Source: an uncultured delta proteobacterium (GTDB lineage Bacteria; Myxococcota_A; Polyangia; Polyangiales; Polyangiaceae). Taken from it: a DNA stretch of 64,000 nucleotides. The DNA is taken from positions 1 to 64,000 of the forward strand of contig CAWJCS010000003.1 in assembly GCA_963841435.1 (NCBI GenBank). The letters run 5' to 3'. The translations under genes were made by a program, and so were the position numbers. Below, piece by piece: positions 1-8,783 of the stretch. Position 1 is the stretch's first letter. Each line of letters begins with the position of its first letter. Under the pieces are notes generated by a model that saw nothing but the letters and a program-made list of their open reading frames with translations, was not told the DNA's origin and did not search any database.

Positions 1-21
1 GTCCGTCCGCCCGAGCGCACC
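1..21 (+). repeat. IS66 left terminal inverted repeat (partial)
   Basis: 19/21 match to the reverse complement of 2547-2567. Confidence 0.85.
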
Positions 22-69
22 CTCTGACGGCGCCCCTGCGCGGGGCTGGGCGCGGCAGACTCGGCGGCG

Positions 70-405
70 ATGGCACGCTGGACGGCGGACGAGGCAGGAG
101 AGATTTTGTCGCGATGGCGGGCGAGCGGGAAATCGGCTCGGTCGTACGGACGTGAGCACGGCATCGACCCGCAGCGGCTGCATTTCTGGCAGCGTCGGCT
201 CGGAGCGGGGACGAAGCGCGGACGAAAGTCGGTCAACGGCGCGATCTCGCGTCTCGTTCCGGCCGTGGTGCGGATCGAGTCTGGCGCCAGGGCCGAGCAC
301 CCGGTCGTGGTGCGTCTGCCGGGTGGGGTGGCGGTCGAGCTGGATCCAGGGCGGGTGCCGCCGTCGTGGGTGGTGGCGCTCGTGGGCGAGCTGGTGAGGC
401 AGTAG
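70..405 (+). CDS. tnpA: IS66 accessory protein TnpA (HTH)
   Basis: W-x-x-SG-x-S...GI...L-x-x-W-x-RRL HTH pattern; first ORF of the IS66 trio. Confidence 0.85.
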   Translation: MARWTADEAGEILSRWRASGKSARSYGREHGIDPQRLHFWQRRLGAGTKRGRKSVNGAISRLVPAVVRIESGARAEHPVVVRLPGGVAVELDPGRVPPSWVVALVGELVRQ

Positions 406-409
406 GCCC

Positions 410-790
410 GTGTTGCTTCTGCCGCGCGCGGTGCGCGTATACGTGGGGACGGAGCCGGTGAACTTGAGGAAGTCATTCGACGGCTTGTCGAACGAGGTGC
501 GCGAGGTGCTGCGGCGCGACCCGCTGAGCGGGCACGTCTTCGTGTTTCTGAACCGACGGCGCACGATGGTGAAGCTTTTGTTGTGGACTCGCGGCGGCTT
601 CACGATTGTGCACAAGCGGCTCGAGCAGGGGCGTTTCACGTTTGCGAAGAGGATGACGAGCGAGGCGAAGAGCGTGGAGCTCGACGTGCACGAGCTCTCG
701 ATGCTGCTCGAGGGCATCGACGCCCGGGTGGTGCACGCGCAGAAGCGCTGGGAGCCGCCGCTGCACGCTCGGGCATCTGCGTCCGGGTGA
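410..790 (+). CDS. tnpB: IS66 accessory protein TnpB
   Basis: Typical IS66 TnpB motifs: PVNLRKSFDGL, DPLSGHVFVFLNRRR, KLLLW, KRLEQGRF. Confidence 0.95.
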   Translation: MLLLPRAVRVYVGTEPVNLRKSFDGLSNEVREVLRRDPLSGHVFVFLNRRRTMVKLLLWTRGGFTIVHKRLEQGRFTFAKRMTSEAKSVELDVHELSMLLEGIDARVVHAQKRWEPPLHARASASG

Positions 791-862
791 CGCTACGTGA
801 TCCCACGTGACACCCTGCGATTGTGCTTGGCACTGGCGATCGCGATGAAATAGAAAGCGTGG

Positions 863-2509
863 GTGGCCGGAGCGTCGAAGAGCACTAGCGAGCGACGAGG
901 GGCGGTGCTCGACGTGCTCAAGGAGCTGCTCTCCGAGGGACGCAACGACGAGGTGCTCGCGGTGGTGGAGAAGCTCGTGGCGCGCAATAGCGAGCTCGAG
1001 CAGCGGCTTGCCGAGATCGCGTCGCGCCGCAAGAAGAACGAGAGCGTGCCGAAGGCGCAGCTGCTGTTGTTTCTCGACGCACTCGCTACGGCGGCGGAGA
1101 GCGAGAGCGGGACGGACGAGGAGCGGGACGAAGCGAACCGAAGGCTCCGCAGTGCTGCCGGCATCGACGACGGGGCAAAGGAGGACCCGGAGACGAAGGA
1201 AACGAAGGAGCCCAAGAAGCAGCCGCCGCTGCGGAAGGCGCCGCCGCCGGAGCTGCGACGTATCGAGAACCTGCTCCGCGTGCCCGACGCCGAGCGACCC
1301 TGCCCGGTCTGCGGAGCCGAGCGGGAGTGCATCGGCCACGACGTGACGGAAGTCATCGAGCTCATCCCGGCAGAGGTCGTGGTGCGGCGCGACGCTCGCG
1401 AGAAGCTTGCGTGCAAGCGGTGCGAGGGCGAGCTCGTGCGAGCACCGCCGGGCGACAAGGTCGTCTCGGGCGGCAAGCTCGGCGCGAGACTCGTCGCCCA
1501 GCTCTTGGTGGACAAGTATTGGGATGGCCTGCCGCTGCACCGTCAGAGGCAGCGTTTCGAGAGAATGGGGCTCGACATCAGCGTCTCGACGCTCGCCGAC
1601 CAGGTGACGTGGGCGACGGACTTGCTCCGACCGCTCTGGCGCGCGGCCATCGCGAACGTCTTGATGTCGGTCGTGATGCACCTGGACGGCACGAGCCTGC
1701 CAGTGCTCGATCGGGACGCGCCTGGCGGCAAGAAGCTCGGAACGCTCTGGGGTTACGTGGGCGACCAAGAGACGGCGCTCTACCTCTACGCCTCGACCGG
1801 CAAAAAGACGGGGCAGAAAAAGGGTGAGCTTGGGCCGGAAGACGTGCTCAAGCTCCGAAACGGCTACACGGTGGCCGACGCGGCCGGCGTTTTCGATGCG
1901 AGCTTCAAGCGCGAGACGCTCATCGAGTGCGGCTGCAACATGCACGCTCGCCGCTACTTCTTCGAGGCGCTCGACGGCGGTGACAAGCGCGCGGCGCTGC
2001 CAATCGCCGCGTACAAGAAGCTTTACGAAATCGAGGCGGGGACGAAGGACGCGACGCCGGAGGCCCGGCTCGTCGAGCGGCAGGCACGGAGCAAGCCGGT
2101 CTTCGACGAGCTCGTCGCCTGGGCGAACGTCCACGAACCGCACGAACCACCGAGCTCGCCGATGGGCACGGCGATCCGCTACCTCCAAAACCACCACGTC
2201 GCGCTCGGTCGGTTTCTCGAAGACGGTGTGATCCCCATCGACAACGGCGTCGTCGAACGCCTGCACGTCCGCGCGGCACTCACGCGCAAGAACTTTCTCT
2301 TCGCCGGCTCCGACGCCGGCGGCGAACGAGCTGCGATCGCCTACACCATCCTCGGCTGCTCGGCGCTCGCCGAGATCGACCCCGTCGAGTACCTCGCCGA
2401 CGTGCTGCCGCGCCTCGCCCGCCGTATGCGTCTCAAGGATCTGCCGGATTTGCTGCCGGCGCCGTGGCAGGTGGCGCGCGCGGCGGCGCCGCCTTCCGCC
2501 GCCGAATAG
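863..2509 (+). CDS. tnpC: IS66 DDE transposase TnpC
   Basis: Coiled coil, zinc finger CPVC...CKRC, LPLHRQ, HLDGT, CNMHARRYF, IDNGVVER, RKNFLFAGSDAGG. Confidence 0.96.
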   Translation: MAGASKSTSERRGAVLDVLKELLSEGRNDEVLAVVEKLVARNSELEQRLAEIASRRKKNESVPKAQLLLFLDALATAAESESGTDEERDEANRRLRSAAGIDDGAKEDPETKETKEPKKQPPLRKAPPPELRRIENLLRVPDAERPCPVCGAERECIGHDVTEVIELIPAEVVVRRDAREKLACKRCEGELVRAPPGDKVVSGGKLGARLVAQLLVDKYWDGLPLHRQRQRFERMGLDISVSTLADQVTWATDLLRPLWRAAIANVLMSVVMHLDGTSLPVLDRDAPGGKKLGTLWGYVGDQETALYLYASTGKKTGQKKGELGPEDVLKLRNGYTVADAAGVFDASFKRETLIECGCNMHARRYFFEALDGGDKRAALPIAAYKKLYEIEAGTKDATPEARLVERQARSKPVFDELVAWANVHEPHEPPSSPMGTAIRYLQNHHVALGRFLEDGVIPIDNGVVERLHVRAALTRKNFLFAGSDAGGERAAIAYTILGCSALAEIDPVEYLADVLPRLARRMRLKDLPDLLPAPWQVARAAAPPSAAE

Positions 2510-2546
2510 CCCGACCGGCCACACCTCGGCGTCAACCCTCGCACCG

Positions 2547-2569
2547 GGTGCGGTCCGGCGGACGGACAC
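2547..2569 (-). repeat. IS66 right terminal inverted repeat
   Basis: ggtgcggtccggcggacggacac, inverted relative to the window start. Confidence 0.85.
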
Positions 2570-2608
2570 ATTGGCTTCATTGGCGGTACCTAGAAAGGGT
2601 GAAGCATC

Positions 2609-2824
2609 ATGCGGCAGCTGTGCTTAAGAAAGTTCTCTCCCATTGATCGCGAATTTCCGATCTACGAGATCCTTGACGGCGACCAGCAAATCGTTGACGT
2701 GACGCGAAGCAATGCAGGGGAGTATGAGATTTCCTTCCACGAGACAAGCGTCGGGAGAGTGCTGCCGTTGCTCCCGCTAATCGCGCTGATCACCGAGGCA
2801 CAAGAGCTCCTGTCGAATGGATAG
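2609..2824 (+). CDS. Small hypothetical protein, candidate immunity protein of an IS-disrupted toxin
   Basis: 71 aa, visibly lower GC than its surroundings, purine-rich RBS (aaagggtgaag), first in a toxin/immunity array. Function is inferred. Confidence 0.5.
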   Translation: MRQLCLRKFSPIDREFPIYEILDGDQQIVDVTRSNAGEYEISFHETSVGRVLPLLPLIALITEAQELLSNG

Positions 2825-2991
2825 CGGTGTTGCCTACGTTCGAGGGCGATAGCGAACGGCGACATCATCACAGGACTGTTCGGGGCAGGCGTCGTCCGCA
2901 ACGCAATGCCTTCCGGTCCGCCGTCTGCTCCAGCGGCGGTGTTACCCAACGGGTGACGCGCGACGCAGCGCCCACCGCTCGCCGCCAACGT

Positions 2992-3363
2992 TCAGCGCAA
3001 CGCGGCGATGGCACCCGCGATACGCTCCACGACCGTCGCCGGCGCGCCCATCACCTCCCGCGCTTCGACGCGGATGACCCGGTACCCCAGGCGCCCGAGC
3101 CGTTCATCCCTTCGCGCATCCGCAGCGCCACGATGCTCATGCGCGCTCCCATCCACCTCCACGACCAGCTTGAGCGCGGGCGCGAGAAAGTCCACGATGT
3201 AGCGGTGACCCACGGGCACCTGCCTGCGGAAGGTAACACCGAGCTTGTTGCCCGAGAGCTCCTGCCAACGGCGGGCTTCCGACACCGTGGGCGCGAGCCC
3301 GAGCCCGTGAGCACGCTCCGCGAGCACCGCTTGCTGGTGACGATGAGGTTTGCTGAGCCGCAT
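2992..3363 (-). CDS. DUF559/Vsr-like (PD-(D/E)xK) endonuclease domain protein
   Basis: FRRQVPVGHRYIVDF...LVVEVDGSAH...DARRDERL...GYRVIR motifs; RBS ggagg 4 nt before the ATG at 3363. Confidence 0.88.
   Translation of the reverse strand: MRLSKPHRHQQAVLAERAHGLGLAPTVSEARRWQELSGNKLGVTFRRQVPVGHRYIVDFLAPALKLVVEVDGSAHEHRGAADARRDERLGRLGYRVIRVEAREVMGAPATVVERIAGAIAALR
3062..3281. repeat. Direct repeat copy 1 (~220 bp, DUF559 core); partner at 9189-9408
   Basis: Aligned by eye at offset 6127; roughly 90% identical. Confidence 0.9.
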
Positions 3364-3744
3364 GCTGCCTCCTCGCGCCCGGCGTGGGGCCGAGGCGAGC
3401 CCCCACCCGGCGCACCTTGCGTGACACGCGCGGCGCGTCTTCAATCGCGCGCCACGACGGAGCGTGGCGCGCAAGGTGCGCCCTCCCGCGAAGCTCGGCG
3501 CCGCGCCGGGCGCGAGACGACGCGACGCTGCGCTCCACGGTGCAAGCCGACGCCCTCGAGCTCGCGTACCTCCCGGCTGTCAGTCCTCGCCCGACCTGTC
3601 AGCAAGCAAGGGACCACGTGCGTCGTCGTTCAGTGCGGACGGGACACTCGGCTGCGCGCAGCGCGCGTAGCGCGCGAGCACAGCCTTGAGGGCCCCCGGC
3701 GCGCGCAGCGCAGCGAGCACGACGGGCGCTCCCTCGCCGCACCC

Positions 3745-4623
3745 ATGACGGGGGAGCATCAAAGCAACGACCCGATCAACAATACGGATCCGAGCGGCTT
3801 TCTCATCAAGGACGATCCTTCGACCAGCTGGCTCTACGCGACACCCGGAGGAATCGCCGCCGGGATCGGCGCTGGCGCCGGCATCGCAGGCCTGGCGGGA
3901 GGGTTTGACTTGGGGGGGCTCGTGACGGGCCTGTTCAACATTGCCATTGGCGTCCCGAGTCTTCAGGGCCTCGGCAGCCAGGGAGGCCGCTTCAGTGGAC
4001 CCACGGGCGCCAAGGCCGCGACGAACACCCCAGCAACGACCGCCGCGACACAGGCCACCGATCTCAACAAGGGCATCAAGGCGCCGGTGCAGGAGGGGTC
4101 CGTAGTAGCGGACCCGTCGGGAGCCGGAGCGGCGCGCGGGAAGCCAGCAGCCGGCCCTGAGCAGAATTGGAAGCAGGCGCTGGACAGCGCGCGCTGGTAC
4201 AGCTCCGAACGATTGGCGGCGTACACGTTCCTGGATCAGTGGAACCCGCCGTCGATTCGGAACGATCAAGAGTTCTCGACGATCATCGTGAAACGCGGGA
4301 ACAAATTCGCTGCGCTCGGTGTGGTCCCCGGTGAGCAAGACACGTCGTTCGGGCTCGAGCCCTACCTCGACAGTTTTCAGAAGTCGGGCCCCCTCGACAC
4401 GCAAGTGACTGCTTGGGCACACACGCACAGCCGATGGGGCAGCAACTTGAGCGGGTACTTCGGCACGGGAGACGTAGTCTTCACGAATGAAAACAGGATA
4501 GCCGGGTACCTCGGCACACCACAGGGACGATTCAAGGTGTTGCTGCCCGGAGGCCCGGTAGGGAACGTGCCTGGGGTGGATCTCGGAAGCCTTCCGCCGA
4601 ACTCGTTGTACGCGGTGCCGTAG
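3745..4623 (+). CDS. Orphan Rhs C-terminal toxin module with a DUF4329/JAB-like domain
   Basis: Rhs core-terminal motif NDPINNTDPSG at 3766-3798, Gly/Ala hydrophobic linker, then NPPSIRNDQEF...AWAHTH...GD...GYLGTPQG. The 2827 start in the ORF track is spurious (it overlaps DUF559). Confidence 0.75.
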   Translation: MTGEHQSNDPINNTDPSGFLIKDDPSTSWLYATPGGIAAGIGAGAGIAGLAGGFDLGGLVTGLFNIAIGVPSLQGLGSQGGRFSGPTGAKAATNTPATTAATQATDLNKGIKAPVQEGSVVADPSGAGAARGKPAAGPEQNWKQALDSARWYSSERLAAYTFLDQWNPPSIRNDQEFSTIIVKRGNKFAALGVVPGEQDTSFGLEPYLDSFQKSGPLDTQVTAWAHTHSRWGSNLSGYFGTGDVVFTNENRIAGYLGTPQGRFKVLLPGGPVGNVPGVDLGSLPPNSLYAVP

Positions 4624-4624
4624 G

Positions 4625-5221
4625 ATGGCTCGCGAGTCGCGTACGAGTGAAGCGGTTGGCCTTGCCCTGGGCGTCGTCCTTGCCGCTCAGCTGCCGGCTT
4701 GTCGGAAGCCAGCCGGAAGCGAAGGGGAAGCTCAAGATGCAGCGGTCAAGGATTCGGGGTCTGCCAGGGCGTCCGTGGAAAGTGTGGCAGGCATCGCGAA
4801 GAGTGCAGCTCCCCGATCAAAGCGCCAATCGTTGATCCAGCTCATTGCTGCACCCGACAGATTTCGAGGAGCGGAGGTGCGAGTGTCGGGCTACTACACG
4901 CCCGACGGCGAGCCACCGGACGGCATTCTGTTTTTCGACAAGGAGAGCGCGCGGATCGGACTTCTGCAGAACGCCGTGCACGTCCGCTTCGGACGGTGCC
5001 GATACGTTTCAGACTCGAGGAACATGAACGAACTGGAGGGGCGCGACATGAGCGAGGGTTACGCTGTCATTCAAGGCCTGTTCGAGCCGAGCTTGCTGGA
5101 GGACGCCTGGCCGTATGCGGGGGAGATCTGCGGCGTGACCCTGGCGAACCACCTGCCGGATCCACCTGAGCGGCGTGATCGTCCAGCGGTCCAGGCATCG
5201 CCGGACGGAGGCCGCCGGTAG
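4625..5221 (+). CDS. Putative lipoprotein, candidate cognate immunity protein
   Basis: Starts 1 nt after the toxin stop; hydrophobic signal and LPAC lipobox; SLIQLIAAPDRFRGAEVRVSGY segment. Confidence 0.7.
   Translation: MARESRTSEAVGLALGVVLAAQLPACRKPAGSEGEAQDAAVKDSGSARASVESVAGIAKSAAPRSKRQSLIQLIAAPDRFRGAEVRVSGYYTPDGEPPDGILFFDKESARIGLLQNAVHVRFGRCRYVSDSRNMNELEGRDMSEGYAVIQGLFEPSLLEDAWPYAGEICGVTLANHLPDPPERRDRPAVQASPDGGRR
5194..5221 (+). repeat. 28-bp inverted repeat, left copy (partner 6982-7009)
   Basis: ggcatcgccggacggaggccgccggtag vs reverse complement ggcatcgacgcaccgaggccgccggtag, 25/28. Confidence 0.75.
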
Positions 5222-5372
5222 AGTTTTTGCTTTGCCGCACCCAGGCAAAGCATGCGGGTCGGTGGGGGGTTGGGAGTCGAGCACGTGGTCGAGCATGCCG
5301 CCGACTGCTCGAGCGGCGGAGTTAGCCGAAGGTGACGTGAGGAGCGGCGGTCGGTGGGGCGACGATGGATGG

Positions 5373-6260
5373 TCAGTAGACGCTGCGATCGCGTTTGGGG
5401 CCCGCAATGCCGGCGCGTGCTCGCCGCTCCTGGAAGGTGATTGTTTGCGGGGTCTCCATCGCAACGTCGTAGGAATCTTCGCCGGCTTTCCTGAGCAGCC
5501 GCTTGGAGGAGCCGGGAGCGAGGCCGAGGGCCTTGTCAACGTGCTCGAAGAAGAGAACGGAGAACCGCTTGGCGTCGGGCATCTGCTTGAGCACGGTTTT
5601 GAGCACCGCAACGATGTCGTCGTCGGTGATGTTGGGCGGGAGCTCGAACGCGAGCGTCGTCGCATCGGGCGCTGAGCTTCGGCTGCGGAGCGAGCGATTT
5701 TCAGCGCTCAGGGCAGCGAGCTCGGTGGCGAGCTCGGCGGTGCCTCGCGCCTGATCGCCGCGGATCCAACCGACGAGATCCTCGCGTTGGGCGAGCTCGG
5801 CAAGCTTCTGGTGGATGGCGATCTTGATGTCCTTGGCGTCAGCGAAGAATCGGCTGATTTTGGAGAGCACGGCGCTGCGGAACTGCTGCAAGAGGTGACC
5901 GTTGGTCTGCTCGATGGCTCCGCGACCGAACGATTTCACTCTGGCGTCGAGCGCTTCCTCGGCGACGACGACAGCGAAGGCGGGCTTGGCGAGCTCGAGC
6001 GCGTACTCGTACTCGAGCTGGACGTAGCTCTTCTGAGATTTGGGCTCGATGGAGCCGTAGCGACCACCGAGCAGGAGCACGAAGACGTCGGAGTTTCCGA
6101 TCCAGGTTTTGATGGTATCGAGCTGCGACTCATCGCCTGCGGTGAAGAGCTCCATGCCGGCGGGGATGTGACCGGCTTCGAGAATGGCTTCGACGGCGGC
6201 CTGGCGCTCTGGCTTCAAGTCCTCGAAGGTGGAGGACACGAATACCTGGAGCTTGCGCAT
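5373..6260 (-). CDS. DUF4062 (TIR/NDT-like) domain protein with coiled coil and C-terminal domain
   Basis: MRKLQVFVSSTFEDL...ERQAA...GHIPAGMELF...SDVFVLLLGGRYGS...EYEYA. ATG at 6260, 1 nt after the XRE stop. Confidence 0.9.
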   Translation of the reverse strand: MRKLQVFVSSTFEDLKPERQAAVEAILEAGHIPAGMELFTAGDESQLDTIKTWIGNSDVFVLLLGGRYGSIEPKSQKSYVQLEYEYALELAKPAFAVVVAEEALDARVKSFGRGAIEQTNGHLLQQFRSAVLSKISRFFADAKDIKIAIHQKLAELAQREDLVGWIRGDQARGTAELATELAALSAENRSLRSRSSAPDATTLAFELPPNITDDDIVAVLKTVLKQMPDAKRFSVLFFEHVDKALGLAPGSSKRLLRKAGEDSYDVAMETPQTITFQERRARAGIAGPKRDRSVY

Positions 6261-6261
6261 T

Positions 6262-6630
6262 TCAGCTGGCCTTGCGCTTGTACTGCTCGACGAGGGCCTG
6301 GACGGTCTCGACGATTTTGCGCTGCTGCTTTCGGGGGAGCTTGCGGACCTCGTCGAAAGTGCGCTGCACCTCGCCGACGGGGCCGGGCTGGCGGACGGCG
6401 TTGATCGGGCCGTCACCGAGGATGTCCTCGACGCGCACGCCGAGGGCCTTGGCCATTTTCGGCAGGACGTCGGAGCGCGGGGGCACGGCGCTGGTCTCCC
6501 AGTAGGCAACCGTCTGTTGAGAAACGCTGATGGCCTTGGCGAGCTCGATTTGGCTGAGGCCGGCGGCTTTGCGGAGGGCGGCGAGGCGAGAGCCCTGTTT
6601 GGGGCGCGGCTTGGACGAAGGTCGAGCCAT
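6262..6630 (-). CDS. XRE-family HTH transcriptional regulator
   Basis: RLAALRKAAGLSQIELAKAISVSQQTVAYWE HTH; C-terminal PGPVG...LPRKQQ tail as I recall from XRE genes in Rhs islands. Confidence 0.9.
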   Translation of the reverse strand: MARPSSKPRPKQGSRLAALRKAAGLSQIELAKAISVSQQTVAYWETSAVPPRSDVLPKMAKALGVRVEDILGDGPINAVRQPGPVGEVQRTFDEVRKLPRKQQRKIVETVQALVEQYKRKAS

Positions 6631-6693
6631 GCCTGAATTGTAGGGGCGGATCTCGGCAAGCCCCGGCAGCGGGGAGGGACGAGCTTGCATGGT

Positions 6694-6709
6694 TACTGGT
6701 ATACCAGTA
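6694..6709. promoter_or_regulatory. Perfect 16-bp palindrome, candidate XRE operator
   Basis: tactggtataccagta, AT-rich, ~65 bp upstream of the XRE start. Confidence 0.6.
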
Positions 6710-6962
6710 TAGAGGGAACAGATCCACAGGCTGTCCTCGGCGAACGACTTCTCGCTTGACAGCCAATTTCAAGGAGAGCGGCACCAAGCGCCAGGTGCGG
6801 CTCGCACCGTGCCGCCGGCGACGAGGATGAGCTCAGCCGCGACGCCGGCGCCGGCGACACCGTGCTCGGGTACATGACGGAAACGCGCCCGGGCCGGCGC
6901 CGAGCGAGCGTGCGGCAGGGTCCGGCGTGGCACGCCCCACCCGCCCCCACGACGTACGGCCC

Positions 6963-7009
6963 GGCCGCCGGTAGCCACGCCCTACCGGCGGCCTCGGTGC
7001 GTCGATGCC
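6963..7009. repeat. REP-like hairpin and right copy of the 28-bp inverted repeat
   Basis: ggccgccggtag-ccacgcc-ctaccggcggcc, 12-bp perfect stem; the same 12-mer occurs at 5210-5221. Confidence 0.7.
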
Positions 7010-7062
7010 CCCACCGCCATGCGGAACGGCAAGCGAAGGCGAAACGCGGTATCTTCACGGGT

Positions 7063-7305
7063 ATGTCCGCGCTGAAAGCCCGAGTCGAAAACGGTCGCTA
7101 CGTGATCGACGAGCCCGCCGCGTTGCCGGAAGGCGCCGAGGTGCAGCTGCAGGTGATCACCGGCGACGAGCTCGACGACGAGGAACGTGCAGCGCTCCAC
7201 GCGTCGCTCGAACGAGCTGCTGACGATTCTGAAGCGGGCCGCAAGATGGACGCCTGGGAGCACCTGAAGCAATATCGCGCGCGTCGTGAAGATCAACGTC
7301 GTTGA
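7063..7305 (+). CDS. Putative type II antitoxin
   Basis: MSALKARVENGRYVIDEPAALPEGAEV (AF2212-like start) plus acidic tail; overlaps the downstream toxin. Confidence 0.75.
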   Translation: MSALKARVENGRYVIDEPAALPEGAEVQLQVITGDELDDEERAALHASLERAADDSEAGRKMDAWEHLKQYRARREDQRR

Positions 7306-7582
7306 GGAAGCCCAGGAAGAATTCGCCTACCGTGAGGCCTGGTGGCGGGCGAACCGGGACGCTCGAGATCTTTTCGAGGAAGAGTACGAGCGAGCGCTCG
7401 AGCACCTGAGCACATCACCCAAGTCCGGAGATCAGTACAGCATCGTCCGCGGGAAGCTGATCCGTCGTTGGCTGATGAAGAAAACGGAGTGCCACATCTA
7501 CTACTGGTACTCGGAAGAGCTCGAGCTCATCGAGATCCGCTCCTTCTGGGGCGCCAAGCGTGAGCACGGGCCGGAGCTTTGA
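7286..7582 (+). CDS. RelE/ParE-family toxin
   Basis: 98 aa; EEAQEE...WW...LEHLSTSPKSG...IRRWLM...HIYY...IRSFW pattern. Confidence 0.8.
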   Translation: MKINVVEEAQEEFAYREAWWRANRDARDLFEEEYERALEHLSTSPKSGDQYSIVRGKLIRRWLMKKTECHIYYWYSEELELIEIRSFWGAKREHGPEL

Positions 7583-7908
7583 GGCCACCGCGAGACGGTG
7601 TCCGTGGCTGCGAGTTTCTTCCCTTAGTTGCTCAGCCCCGACGGAGGTAGAATCGATGACGTGATCGGCCCCGCCGACAACGTCCACGAGCACCGCGCGC
7701 GCACGCGTCATCACGTGCGCGCACGTCGCGGTGGCCGCGCGCTCCTCGCGACGTACGCGCGCCCCCGCGCGCGTGCGGACAAAAACCGCGTCAGGGGTTT
7801 CGACCTCGCCGCGCACTTCTGCATCAGGGTCTCCGAGCGGCTAAGAGCGGAGCACGCCTCCGGAAAATCACTCGGTGTACGGCGAAAACGTGGTGGGGCC
7901 ACCTTCCG

Positions 7909-8406
7909 GTGCAGGAGGGGGCGCATCCAGCAGCAATAGGTGAGCCACCGCCACTACCCGAGAATTTCATTGGGCCGCCCGTGGCAGGGCAGCCGGTGGT
8001 GCCCCCGAGGCCACCGGGTACGAGCGTTGATCAGAACATTCAGGAGGCTCTGATCGTTCGGCATCTTCTGGCGAACAACCCGCTGGCTAAACTGTCGTGG
8101 TTCCACGAGCAAGTTAAAAACAAGGGGCCTTGGGACTATAAGCAGCGAGGCCGGCAGTACGAACAGTTTGGGAACTTCAACTACGGCGCGACCGGGGCAG
8201 CTCTCGGAATTGATCGAACGACGCTGCTCAGGGAGGCAGGTCGTGCTCAAGTGGAAGCCGGAACGTCCCGACCGGGATGGGGGGACCCGGGGTGGCGCAT
8301 TAACCCATGGGGAGGGACGCCGCCGTACGGCGACGACCCCGCTGACCAGATGTGGATCGACCGGGGGATCCGGTACTACTCGGAAGTTTTTGGGAGGCCG
8401 CCGTGA
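7909..8406 (+). CDS. Orphan polymorphic toxin, Ntox44-like predicted RNase domain (start uncertain)
   Basis: WFHEQVKNKGPWDYK...FGNFNYGATG...AGRAQ...YGDDPADQ..I..GI.YY; lower GC; no delivery domain upstream. Confidence 0.85.
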   Translation: MQEGAHPAAIGEPPPLPENFIGPPVAGQPVVPPRPPGTSVDQNIQEALIVRHLLANNPLAKLSWFHEQVKNKGPWDYKQRGRQYEQFGNFNYGATGAALGIDRTTLLREAGRAQVEAGTSRPGWGDPGWRINPWGGTPPYGDDPADQMWIDRGIRYYSEVFGRPP

Positions 8407-8783
8407 TGCGGGACCGGCGGTACCGCGTGCTGGCGGTTGTTTCCGTGCTCGCGCTTCAGGGCTGTTCACTTGTTGACGGTCTGGTGTCGTGCACGACGGA
8501 AGTGCAACGGCAAACCGCCTCACCCGGGCACCTGTACGTGGCGACGACGTTTCACCGAGAGTGCGGCGCGACGAGTGGCTCCAACACGCAAGTCAGCATT
8601 CGGAGGAGTTCGGAGCCATTCGATCCAAAGAAGGGACAAGTATTGGCGATCGATGGTCGGCATACGCTTCCCGTCGCTTGGGTGACCGATGAGCACCTTC
8701 GGATCGAGTTGCCGGCGGATCGCGTCTACAACGAGCAGGCGCAGTGGGAAGCGGTCAAGATCGAGTACACGCAGGGACCCTAA
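8406..8783 (+). CDS. Lipoprotein (DUF5412-like), candidate immunity protein
   Basis: TGATG coupling with the toxin; LQGC lipobox; SPGHLYVA...RECGATS motif. Confidence 0.72.
   Translation: MRDRRYRVLAVVSVLALQGCSLVDGLVSCTTEVQRQTASPGHLYVATTFHRECGATSGSNTQVSIRRSSEPFDPKKGQVLAIDGRHTLPVAWVTDEHLRIELPADRVYNEQAQWEAVKIEYTQGP

Larger units (their letters stand above)
1..2569 (+). mobile_element. IS66-family insertion sequence (tnpA-tnpB-tnpC); left end probably clipped by ~2 nt at the window start
   Basis: Canonical three-ORF layout. Terminal inverted repeats: 1-21 gtccgtccgcccgagcgcacc vs the reverse complement of 2547-2567 gtccgtccgccggaccgcacc (19/21 match). Confidence 0.93.

Noticed and set aside
473-2569. 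698-aa minus-strand ORF
   Set aside because: Antisense shadow of the IS66 genes; long shadow ORFs are expected at this GC content.
2827-3744. N-terminal 306 aa of the 598-aa ORF
   Set aside because: Antisense to DUF559 and low-complexity Arg-rich; only the part from 3745 looks like real protein.
3364-3744. GC-rich palindromic intergenic stretch as an ncRNA (similar stretch at 7583-7908)
   Set aside because: Hairpins are expected by chance at this GC content and I recognise no family motif; covariance analysis would be needed.
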